DNA of 64,000 nt from Candidatus Eiseniibacteriota bacterium (GTDB lineage Bacteria; Eisenbacteria; RBG-16-71-46; CAIMUX01), in assembly GCA_041390305.1 (NCBI GenBank), contig JAWKQE010000028.1, forward strand, positions 5,967-69,966. Direction: 5' to 3'. Under the pieces are notes generated by a model. The model was not told the origin of the DNA, searched no databases, and was given only the letters and a program-made list of their open reading frames with translations. The position numbers and the translations under genes were made by a program. This document shows, piece by piece, positions 9,273-17,914 of the stretch (positions are counted from its first letter, which is position 1; every line of letters begins with the position of its first letter).

Positions 9273-10739
9273 CTAGCCCTTGGTCAGGTGGAGCGTCTTG
9301 ATCTTGTTGTAGACCGTCGTCCGGTCGACCCCCAGCACCCGCGCCGTCTTCGAGATATTCCAGTCCGTGGCGTTGAGCACGCGTAGGATGTGATCCCGTT
9401 CGACCTCGGAGAGCGCACGTAACTCGGCGGGCGTGACACCGTCGTCCTCTTCCTCGATCGCTTCCGGTTCCGTCTCCTGGGTCCCGTTCAGCTTCGAGGT
9501 CGTGCCGTTCAGCGTCGAGTTCAGGATGGCGGCCTTCCCGTTCTTCTCCACCTCGATCGGCAGATCACCCACCCGAAGTACGTTCTCGTGGCGTCCACGG
9601 AGAACGACGAGTGCACGTTCGAGAGCGTTGGCCAGCTCGCGCACGTTCCCCGGCCACTCGTAGGACTCCATTACCTCCATCGCAGAGGGGTCGATCTCCG
9701 GGACGGGTTGGTTCATGGAGCGGGCGACCCGTTCGAGAAGTGCCCGCGAGAGCTGGGGGATGTCGCCGCACCGCTCGCGAAGCGGTGGAAGGTGGATGTT
9801 GAATACGTTGAGGCGATAGTAGAGGTCCTCACGGAAGTTGCCGGCCCGAACCTCTGTCATGAGGTCCCGGTTCGTGGCGGCGATGAGCCGGAAGTCGGCT
9901 CTCACTGCTTTCGTGTCGCCGAGCCGCGTGATCTGCTTCTCCTCGATGACGCGGAGGAGTTCGACCTGGAGTTTGGGGGAGATCTCGCCGATCTCGTCGA
10001 GGAAGAGCGTGCCGCCGTCGGCGAGCTCGAACTTCCCCTTGTGCCGGTAGTGCGCTCCGGTGAACGCGCCGCGCTCGTGCCCGAAGAGTTCGCTCTCCAG
10101 CGTTCCTTCGGGGAGCGCGCCACAGTTGACCACGACGAGCGGCATGTACGCGCGTGGCGACATGGCGTGAATGGCCCGTGCGACGAGCTCCTTCCCTGTA
10201 CCTGACTCACCGGTGACGAGCACGCTCGTCTCCGTGGGTGCGACCGTTTCGATCAGTGCACACGCGCGCAGAATTGCGGGGCTGGTGCCGAGAATCGGCT
10301 GCGGCTTGACCACGGCCGCGAGGTGGTCACGGAGGTGCCGGTTCTCCTGTTCCAGGTCCCGATGCTCGGCGATGTTCCGGATGAGGTGCGTGAGCTGCTC
10401 CGGGTCGAACGGCTTCGTGACGTAGTCGTAGGCGCCGTCCTTGAGCGCCTGGACCGCGGTGTCGACCGAGGCGAACGCCGTCATGATGATGACCCGGGTC
10501 GTCGGCGATGCCTCCCGGACTCGGCGCAGCAGCTCCAGCCCGTCCATGCCCGGCATCTTGATGTCGACGAGAGCGGCATCCCAGGGACTCTCCTTCAGGA
10601 TGCGGAGTGCTTCCCGCGCATCGGGCGCCGATTGCACCGTGTGCCCGTCCTCCTCGAACCAGCTGGAGAGCGAGTCGCGGACGACGTTCTCATCGTCGAC
10701 GACGAGGAGCCGCAGTTTCGGCAGGGTCTTCTGCGTCAT
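9273..10739 (-). CDS. NtrC-family sigma-54 response regulator (REC-AAA+-Fis HTH)
   Basis: VVDDE, DIKMPGMDG, GESGTGKE, ESELFGHERGAFTGA, LFLDEIGE and a C-terminal HTH. Start moved to MTQK at 10739, overlapping the kinase stop. Confidence 0.93.
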   Translation of the reverse strand: MTQKTLPKLRLLVVDDENVVRDSLSSWFEEDGHTVQSAPDAREALRILKESPWDAALVDIKMPGMDGLELLRRVREASPTTRVIIMTAFASVDTAVQALKDGAYDYVTKPFDPEQLTHLIRNIAEHRDLEQENRHLRDHLAAVVKPQPILGTSPAILRACALIETVAPTETSVLVTGESGTGKELVARAIHAMSPRAYMPLVVVNCGALPEGTLESELFGHERGAFTGAHYRHKGKFELADGGTLFLDEIGEISPKLQVELLRVIEEKQITRLGDTKAVRADFRLIAATNRDLMTEVRAGNFREDLYYRLNVFNIHLPPLRERCGDIPQLSRALLERVARSMNQPVPEIDPSAMEVMESYEWPGNVRELANALERALVVLRGRHENVLRVGDLPIEVEKNGKAAILNSTLNGTTSKLNGTQETEPEAIEEEDDGVTPAELRALSEVERDHILRVLNATDWNISKTARVLGVDRTTVYNKIKTLHLTKG

Positions 10740-12733
10740 GATCGATCCCTTTCGGACAAGGGGGCGCTCCGGGCGGGCGACTTCCCGGCGGAGGACTGCC
10801 GTGCGTTCGGGACGCGATTCTCGGCACCGTCCCGATCCGGCACGCCGTCCCGTGGCGCGTCGTTGTCGGGGCGCGCGCCGCGAATCCACAGCTCACTCTC
10901 CGGAGTCGCGGGCACAGCGTTTGCCGGGTCCGGCCCATGGAGCGGGAACTGGAGACAGAAGGTGGTGCCGTGTCCCACCTGGGACTGCACGTCGACGGTG
11001 CCGCCGTGACGCTGGACGATTCCGTACGTGACGGCGAGCCCGAGCCCGGTCCCCGCGCCTTCGCTCTTCGTCGAGAAGAAAGGCTCGAAGATTCGTGCGC
11101 GGATCTCCTCGGGGATGCCGATTCCGGAGTCCTGGATCTCGATCGTGATCACTCCGTCCGGAGCTCCGACGTGTCCCGATCCCTTTGGCGCCGGCTTCTT
11201 TGCGAAGCGGGTGCGAACCGTGAGGGTGCCGCCGTCCGGCATCGCGTCGAGCGCGTTCAGGATCATGGCGAGGAGTGCCTGTTGGAACTCTGATCGGTCA
11301 CACACGAGTTCCGGAATCCCCGGCTCCAGCTCTCGCACCAGGGAGACGTTGCCGAGGTCCGCGCGGTGCTGCACCAGCTTCACCGCGCGCTCGACGATCG
11401 CATTCACGTCTGTCGGTTCGTGTTCCAGGATACCCTGGCGGGAGAAGAGGAGGAGGTTCCGCACGATGTCGCCGCAGCGCGCCGTTTCGGCTTCGATCGT
11501 CGCCAAGGTCTCGTCCACTTCCTTGGCCTTGGTCTCCCTCTCGGCTGCGTCGGACGCGATCAGCTTCGGAAGACGTCTGCGGACCAGCTTCGCGTAGACG
11601 AGCACGCCTGCCAGCGGGTTGTTGATCTCGTGTGCGACGATGGCTGCGAGCTTTCCGAGCGACGCCATCTTCTCCGTGAAGACCATCTGGTCGCGCGTAC
11701 GCTCCAACTCCTTCGTCTTTTCCTCGATGCGTGCTTCCAAGGTCTCGTTCCAGTTCTCCAGCTCGAGCTGGGCGGTCCCGAGCCGCTCCGACATCACGTT
11801 GAATGCGGATGCGAGCTCTCCGGCCTCCGCCGGCAAGTTGTTCGGAATGCGGTGGGTATGGTCCCCTGAGGCAAGGGTGTGGATCCCACGGAGTACGGTG
11901 TGGAGCGGACGGTGGACGGTCCGCCAGGCCAGCCAGCCGATGACGCCGGAGATGAGGAGTACGGTCGCGATCGCGACCGCGATCATCTGCTTCCGTGCGT
12001 CGACGATGGCGGCTTCCAGTTCCGCGGTGGAGAGTTCGAGGTCCAGGATTCCGAGGACTGCCTGGTTCGGCGGGTGGTAGTGACAGCTCGCTGTGGAGCA
12101 CGAGGTCTCGTTGAGCACCGGAATGCCGAGGCCGAGTGTCTGCTCGCCGCTTGGCAGGGAGTACTGGACCAGCCCATCCCGCAGGCCATCCGGAGCATGC
12201 ATCCGACCGCCGGAGTGGCACCCCTGGCACACCTGGCTCTGCATGTCGCTCGTCGAACCGATCTCGGCCTCGTCCTGGGAGAAGACGACGACCCCCTTCG
12301 GGTTGATGAGACGGAGTGCGCGAACGCTCTCCCTGCGGCCGATGTTCTCCAGGATCTGCTCGAGGTGTCGACGGTCGTTCTCCAGCATCGAGAAGTGCGT
12401 GCTGGAGATGATCGTCTCGGCCATGCCGACGGCGCGTTCCTCCAGCATGTTCATGAGATGGGCGCGGTGGAGTCCCAGTGCGAGCCAGTCACTGGCGCCG
12501 AGTAGACCGACCAGAGTGCAGACGAGGATCAGGACCATCCGCCATCCGAGCGATCTGGGTATCTCGCGGGCGGCTCGGCCGAACGCACTCGGCGCGCCGA
12601 AGGCCCCAGTTCCGCTGCCGCGGGTGGCGGGGTTGTTGCTGTCGGACCCGTTCATCGGACCGGTTCCGGAACCGCTGCCGGGTTCCTTGTCGAAGGTAGC
12701 CATGGTGCGCACCTCCGAGGAGTACATCGTCAC
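10736..12733 (-). CDS. Membrane sensor histidine kinase (HAMP-HisKA-HATPase) with c-type heme motifs in the periplasmic domain
   Basis: Two TM helices, HAMP, AHEINNPL H-box, LNALDA, DSGIGI, EPFFSTK, GTGLGL; periplasmic CQGCH and CSTASCH. Start may be 12703. Confidence 0.9.
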   Translation of the reverse strand: MTMYSSEVRTMATFDKEPGSGSGTGPMNGSDSNNPATRGSGTGAFGAPSAFGRAAREIPRSLGWRMVLILVCTLVGLLGASDWLALGLHRAHLMNMLEERAVGMAETIISSTHFSMLENDRRHLEQILENIGRRESVRALRLINPKGVVVFSQDEAEIGSTSDMQSQVCQGCHSGGRMHAPDGLRDGLVQYSLPSGEQTLGLGIPVLNETSCSTASCHYHPPNQAVLGILDLELSTAELEAAIVDARKQMIAVAIATVLLISGVIGWLAWRTVHRPLHTVLRGIHTLASGDHTHRIPNNLPAEAGELASAFNVMSERLGTAQLELENWNETLEARIEEKTKELERTRDQMVFTEKMASLGKLAAIVAHEINNPLAGVLVYAKLVRRRLPKLIASDAAERETKAKEVDETLATIEAETARCGDIVRNLLLFSRQGILEHEPTDVNAIVERAVKLVQHRADLGNVSLVRELEPGIPELVCDRSEFQQALLAMILNALDAMPDGGTLTVRTRFAKKPAPKGSGHVGAPDGVITIEIQDSGIGIPEEIRARIFEPFFSTKSEGAGTGLGLAVTYGIVQRHGGTVDVQSQVGHGTTFCLQFPLHGPDPANAVPATPESELWIRGARPDNDAPRDGVPDRDGAENRVPNARQSSAGKSPARSAPLSERDRS

Positions 12734-12974
12734 GATTCCGTTGCGGCGTGACGTTTTCTCTGAAGGTGCATCCGGGGCGGTCGGTTCTGGCGGAGTTCGG
12801 TCAGGATCTACAACCCGAAGCTGCAGCTCAGCAACTCACTTCCCCGAGACCGGAACGGGGAGCCCACTCTCTCGAGCGGACCCCCGTGTCGGCGATGCAC
12901 TCACATCCGAGACTCAGGATGCCTCCGAACGTCCCTCGCGTCACATCAGGCGAAGTACGTACTCGGGCGGAGAG

Positions 12975-14181
12975 TTACGAACGGACCATCTCCTTGGAGA
13001 CCCAACCATGCCGGAGACGTCGTCCCACCTCCGACTTCCAGGTCCTCTGCCTTTCTTCCTCGAGCGTGTCCCTCTCGAAGACCGGAAGGTAACGCGCCGC
13101 CAGGTAGAAGGCGGTGACGCCGACCGTCACGATCATGAGAGTCACGGCGACTTCGGTCCACGCAGGGATGTAGGTGTAGCCTGAGACGACCTCGAAGCCG
13201 GTCACGCTCACGTTCAGTCGGTTGATGATGAACCCGAGCAGAGCGAGCTGGGCGGCGTGGTAGAGCCAGCGGCTGTTCCGCGTAGATCTTCGTGCTGTTG
13301 AAGAGCACGATCGGCAGCGCGAACCCGGCCAGGATCTCGAGGATGAAGAACGCGCCTGCCCGATCGAGCGGCCAGAGCGTCGTCAGCACTCCCCGGTGGA
13401 TGAGGTCCGCGAACCGGACGACCAGGTAGAGCACCATGACCACGGACGCGACCTTCGCCGCGTTCTGCAGCACGTCCGCCTCGATCTCCCGTCCAAAGGC
13501 CCGCGCACTGAGGTTGGACTCGATGATCGTCATGACGAGACCGACCGCAATGGCGGAGAGGAAGAACAGAAGAGGCAGGAACGGCGTCCACCAGAGCTCG
13601 TGGAGCCGGCCCGGCACGAGGAGGAAGAGGCTGCCGAGTGACGACTGGTGCAGCATCGAGAGACACACCGCCGCCACCGTGAGCGGGAAGGTGAGCTTGT
13701 GCGCGACCTTGGTCGAGCGACGCATCTTCAGCTTCTCGAAAACCATGGCCGACGCTTCCGCGGCCAGCACCGTGGTGTAGAGCGTGACGCACCAGGCGAC
13801 CTCGAACATGACCGAGTGCGGGTTCCACATCACCATCGGATGCCAGATCCGCCAAGGTAGACCGAGGTCGAAGATGAGTCCGCCCACGACGAGCAGATAG
13901 CCGATGAAGGCGGTGAGAACGGCTGGACGGGCCAGCGGGCGATACTTCTCGATTCGCAGGATGTAGACCATGGCGCTGATCGTGAAGCCGCCCGCGGCCA
14001 GTCCGACCCCGCAGACTACGTCGAACCCGACCCAGAGACCCCAGGGGAAAGTGTCACTGAGGTTCGTGCTCGCACCAAGTCCTTGGGTGAAGCGAAGGAA
14101 GGTCGCGTAGAGTCCGGAGACGAGACAGATGAGTCCGATGAGCCGGAACATGGTGAACTTGCGAAGGAATCGATCGGTCAT
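12975..14181 (-). CDS. NrfD/HybB/HmcC-type integral membrane subunit, frameshifted near 13278
   Basis: TNLSD.FPWGLW..FD...G, YRPLARPA...AF.GY, SVMFEV..CV..Y and MLHQSSLG. The family C-terminus (NSRWLYHAAQLALLGFIINRLNV...Y.P.W.E...) continues in another frame to the stop at 12975; one extra G restores the frame. Confidence 0.85.
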
Positions 14182-15071
14182 CACACACCTCCCTTCCCCG
14201 GGTCACTCGGATCGATCCCGGCTCCAACGCCTTCCTCTTTCAGCTCGAAGCTCTCTGTTCTGTCGTCACCATTCTTCCGGATGCGTTCCGCCGTGAGGGC
14301 CATGCGTCGCCGGATGATCCAGTTGACCGCGAGGAGGCCCGTACCAGCGGTGCCGACCGCGGTCGGAATCTGGGAGAGCACCACCCACGTCTTGTGCGGG
14401 AGGGACTCGTTCGGGATGCGTGGATCGAAGGCCGCCATCACCTCGGGCGGTCCGATGACGAGCACCGACGTTCCGCCGGCTTCGTTCGTACCGTAGACCT
14501 GAGGCGCGTAGCTGTCCGGGTCCTCCGAGATCCGGCGCCACGCTTCGGCGAGGAGTTCTGAGCGCTCTCCGGAGACGGTCGCTTCGGCCGGGCAGGCTTC
14601 GGAGCATGCCGTGGGCTGGCCGTTGGCGAGGCGATGCGGACAGAGCTGACACTTGCGAACGCGCGGAGTGACGGAGTTCCACTCGTAGCGCGGGACACTG
14701 AACGGGCACGCCACCATGCAGTAGCGACACCCGATGCACTTCTCGAAGTCGTACTCGACTGGGCCGATCGACGTCTTGTGGAGAGCACCGACCGGGCACG
14801 CGGATGCGCAGCTCGGCTCGAGGCAGTGCATGCACATCCGGCGCAGGTAAACGTCCCCGACTTCTTCCACGACACAGTAGTCGGTGGCAGAGAGCGCGAG
14901 CCCTTCCGTCTCATCCGACTCTGGGAGGCCGTTCTCCGCTCGACAGGCTTCCATGCAGGCTCCGCAGCCTACGCAGAGGTTCGCGTCGAACAAGATCCCG
15001 TACATCTTTCCACCTCCTCCTCCCTCGCCGTGTTCCCCTGGGCGAGACCGTTCTGTTTCTTTGTCACTCAT
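14181..15071 (-). CDS. HybA/HmcB/NrfC-type 4x[4Fe-4S] protein with C-terminal membrane anchor
   Basis: CVGCGACMEAC, CMHCLEPSCASACP, CIGCRYCMVACP, CQLC...CSEACP; hydrophobic C-terminal helix. Confidence 0.92.
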   Translation of the reverse strand: MSDKETERSRPGEHGEGGGGGKMYGILFDANLCVGCGACMEACRAENGLPESDETEGLALSATDYCVVEEVGDVYLRRMCMHCLEPSCASACPVGALHKTSIGPVEYDFEKCIGCRYCMVACPFSVPRYEWNSVTPRVRKCQLCPHRLANGQPTACSEACPAEATVSGERSELLAEAWRRISEDPDSYAPQVYGTNEAGGTSVLVIGPPEVMAAFDPRIPNESLPHKTWVVLSQIPTAVGTAGTGLLAVNWIIRRRMALTAERIRKNGDDRTESFELKEEGVGAGIDPSDPGKGGV

Positions 15072-15753
15072 GGTGGCGCGCCTTGAGGTGGAGGAACTCC
15101 TCCGTCAGCGACGACCACTCTTCCGGATCCAGCGTGCCGCCGATGTCCTCGACCGGCTGGCCACCGTCCTGGATGACGCTTCCGCTCGCCATGCAGAGGC
15201 GATAGCGGAACCGATCGTTGGCGTCCTGCATCCAGTGCTCCGCGAGGCTCCCGGTGAGGAGGTTCGAGAGGTCCTGGAAGAGGCGGGGTGACTTCACCTT
15301 GAAGAGCCAACCCTTGCCGAAGTTGTCCTTGAAGGCCGCGCCCTTGTCGCCGCGGGCGGCCGGGTTCACGCCGACGATCTCTCCACCGACCGGCGAGAGG
15401 AGGTGGGCCGTCTGGCCGTTGCGCTTCACGTGGATCGCTTCCGAGCCCTGGTGGACGTGCATGCCGACCTCGGGAAGGTCGAACTTCGCGTCCTGTCCGA
15501 TGAGGCGACGGGCGAAGTCGTCGACACCGACATACGCCGTGTCTTCAGAGACCCAGTGCACCCAGGTATGGCCAGGGTGATAGGCGAGGGCCGGAGCGAG
15601 CTTGAATCCACCGACTGTCTTGGAATCTACGTTCACGAGCGCTTTCTGGAGCGCTTCACCCTCCGCGAGCAGGACGACATTGCGACGTCTTTCACGGAGC
15701 AGATCCACGGTCACGAAGACCGCGAACGTCAGCACTGCGAGCAGGACCACCAT
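15064..15753 (-). CDS. Membrane-anchored glycine-cleavage-H-like (barrel-sandwich hybrid) protein lacking the lipoyl lysine
   Basis: AYHPGHTW, VGVDDFA..L.G, SPVGGEIV.VN, GKGWL motifs; N-terminal hydrophobic helix; extra C-terminal helical domain. Confidence 0.85.
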   Translation of the reverse strand: MVVLLAVLTFAVFVTVDLLRERRRNVVLLAEGEALQKALVNVDSKTVGGFKLAPALAYHPGHTWVHWVSEDTAYVGVDDFARRLIGQDAKFDLPEVGMHVHQGSEAIHVKRNGQTAHLLSPVGGEIVGVNPAARGDKGAAFKDNFGKGWLFKVKSPRLFQDLSNLLTGSLAEHWMQDANDRFRYRLCMASGSVIQDGGQPVEDIGGTLDPEEWSSLTEEFLHLKARHHE

Positions 15754-16200
15754 GATTCACCTCCGAGTTAGATCTCTTCCGTTTCGTTCGCGGGGCCCCG
15801 GTGGCGGTGTTGCCGTTGTCGGAGTTCCCGGCGTTTCCGGGGTGAGAAACGTCACGCAGCGTGCCAATGGGCGGGACGCGATCCGTGATTCGTGCAGGTG
15901 ACGGGGACACTTGGGGATGCAGTGGCGCGACTGACGTGGAGTGCCGGTCCACGGTCGAGTGCGGCACTGTGGAGGTCTTCGACGGATTCTGCTGTGGTGA
16001 GGCTCGGCAGGTGGGTGAAGTCGTTTCGTTCGAGGGCGTTTGGAGGGCAGATCCGGCGATTGTCGGGGTTCTCCACAACCGTCGAGGTTCTCGACAGCCG
16101 TTCGCGTGGTCCGGATCGTGCTGGAGGTTTTTCGTGGGCGCCGAAATGACGACGGGGAGACCTGACGAGAAACTATGGCACGATACAGCTCGGGAGCCGA

Positions 16201-16243
16201 TACACTGTACGTAGTGCACGAAACGTACATTACGTACAGTGTA
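16201..16243. promoter_or_regulatory. Perfect 13-bp inverted repeat, probable toxin-antitoxin operator
   Basis: TACACTGTACGTA (16201-16213), a 17-bp spacer, then TACGTACAGTGTA (16231-16243), directly before the antitoxin RBS (GGAGG). Confidence 0.7.
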
Positions 16244-16255
16244 GGAGGTGCCCGG

Positions 16256-16510
16256 ATGGTCCGATTCAGCGTGACGGAGGCGCGAGACAAGCTCTCGGAG
16301 CTATGCAACCGGGTCTCCTACCAAGGAGAGAGGATCGTGCTGGATCGGCGAGGGAAGGCGGTCGCTGTCCTCATCTCGCTCGAGGACCTCGAAGTTCTGG
16401 AGCGTGCAGAGGACGCGGCGGACCTTCAGTCGGCCAGGGAAGCCGTCGCTGAATCCGAGACCGAGGGGACCGTCTCCCTCGATGATCTTCGCGAGGAACT
16501 CGGGCTCTGA
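16256..16510 (+). CDS. Phd/YefM family antitoxin
   Basis: SVTEARDKLSELCNRV...GERIVL.RRGK.VAVLISLEDLE; acidic C-terminus. Confidence 0.9.
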   Translation: MVRFSVTEARDKLSELCNRVSYQGERIVLDRRGKAVAVLISLEDLEVLERAEDAADLQSAREAVAESETEGTVSLDDLREELGL

Positions 16511-16764
16511 AACACAGAGTCGAGTTCACCCCGCGGGCCGCGAGGGATCTGAGAGGGCTCGACCGACGAGAACAACGGCGGCTCCTCGCGCGCATCGAGA
16601 GGCTCGCCGAGGAGCCCCGGCCGAACGGTGCGAGGAAGATCGAGGGCGAGGATGGCCTCTACCGAGTCCGTCAGGGTGTGTTCCGGATCCTGTACCGCGT
16701 CGAGGACGCGCGGCTCCTCGTTCTCGTGATTCGGATCAGGCACCGTCAGGATGTATACCGCTAG
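16507..16764 (+). CDS. RelE/StbE family toxin with CTG start (not in the ORF track)
   Basis: Manual translation: (M)KHRVEFTPRAARDLRGLDRREQRRLLARIERLAEEPRPNGARKIEGEDGLYRVRQGVFRILYRVEDARLLVLVIRIRHRQDVYR*. GAGGA lies 9 nt upstream and the start overlaps the antitoxin stop (CTGA). Confidence 0.88.
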   Translation: MKHRVEFTPRAARDLRGLDRREQRRLLARIERLAEEPRPNGARKIEGEDGLYRVRQGVFRILYRVEDARLLVLVIRIRHRQDVYR

Positions 16765-16886
16765 GCTGATGGGGTAGGTTCGCGGAGTACGCGTGTGTCA
16801 TGGCCCATGCCCGAATCCGGATCGATGGGAGATGCCGTTTGACTCTTCGGCGAGTCAGCCCCTCAGCTCTCTCCGCCTCGCCGACC

Positions 16887-17774
16887 ATGGCCTGGACGGT
16901 GTTCGTTTTCAGCCTCGTCATCCTCCACCTGCTGCACGGTCCGACACCGGACGCTCGCGGCCAGACATCGCTGGACTCGGCGATCGCAAGTGACTGGCAG
17001 GCGGCAGACGGCGTCGTCCTGGTAACCGCCATCGACACGGTCGCAGTGATCCAGCCACCAGCCGCTTCGCCGGGGGGAGAGCGTGATTTGGTGTTAGCGG
17101 CAATCGTGGATTCGACCATCTCTGGGGACTTTCCTTCCGCCATCGAAATCGGTATCCGCTACACGCCCGGAGTCGGGCGTCGTCCGGTCTTGAATCAGCA
17201 GTACTTGATGACACTGTGGAACTGCGGTGACGTCTGGCGCATTCTTCCCGGACGCTACTGGCAGACCACTCGAGACTCCGTGAGCATTCCCCGTCTCGGA
17301 ACCTTCGCGCTCTTCGCCGTCATCGATTCTGTTCGCACTCTCCGATCGCTGTGCAGCGCCGAGGCGCAGTCCGCCGGCAGCGACGCGGTCATTCGTGGCA
17401 GGATCGTGGAGGATCTCGAGTACCCATCGGATGCCGCCCCACGCTTCCACCATTGGAACCGGGCGACACTCACGGTCGCGCTCTCCGCTGTTCTCAAGAA
17501 CACGACTGCTGAGACCTTGGACCTCGCCACACCGGTGGCCATCGAGATTCCGTTCCGGGAGGGGGCGCGTCCGTGGTTCCATGTGGATCACGACTACGTG
17601 CTGTTCCTGACTGGAACGGCCTCCGGCTGGATGCTCAATCCCACGGTCTTCTCAGGATGGGAAGTGGTCGGCGATTCCGCGTACGTTGCCCGGGTCACCC
17701 CATGTCGCAATCCGGTAAACCCTGGCGGCCGAGCGATCCCCTCGGCGGCTCTCATCGCGATTGCGGGCCAGTGA
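16887..17774 (+). CDS. Hypothetical secreted protein with apparent internal duplication
   Basis: Hydrophobic N-terminus (MAWTVFVFSLVILHLL); two similar segments (DGVVLVTAID...YLMTL and DAVIRGRIV...YVLFL). Start uncertain (16800 possible). Confidence 0.6.
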   Translation: MAWTVFVFSLVILHLLHGPTPDARGQTSLDSAIASDWQAADGVVLVTAIDTVAVIQPPAASPGGERDLVLAAIVDSTISGDFPSAIEIGIRYTPGVGRRPVLNQQYLMTLWNCGDVWRILPGRYWQTTRDSVSIPRLGTFALFAVIDSVRTLRSLCSAEAQSAGSDAVIRGRIVEDLEYPSDAAPRFHHWNRATLTVALSAVLKNTTAETLDLATPVAIEIPFREGARPWFHVDHDYVLFLTGTASGWMLNPTVFSGWEVVGDSAYVARVTPCRNPVNPGGRAIPSAALIAIAGQ

Positions 17775-17914
17775 GAGACCCAGGAGATGGCGTCGCGATC
17801 GATGGCACGCACTGAGGGCGCCGAAACTGTGGCGGAACGAGACCCCTGTCCCCGACAACCCCCTCGCCTTCGGCAGGTCGGTTTCCGGCCTTCCCCCGTG
17901 CTACCCTCTTCCCC

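Noticed and set aside
12946-13278. C-terminus of ORF 12946-14184 as given in the track (…PLALPRRPARS…)
   Set aside because: It is out-of-frame sequence after the indel. The family-like C-terminus is in the frame ending at 12975.
15851-15867. Possible sigma-54 promoter (minus strand TTGGCACGCTGCGTGAC) for the GcvH-like operon
   Set aside because: The -24 element is perfect, but the -12 position reads GTGA instead of TTGC. It is plausible given the NtrC gene but not supportable without TSS data.
16200-17800. TA module plus orphan gene as a mobile element
   Set aside because: No integrase, transposase, terminal repeats, target-site duplication or tRNA attachment site is visible.
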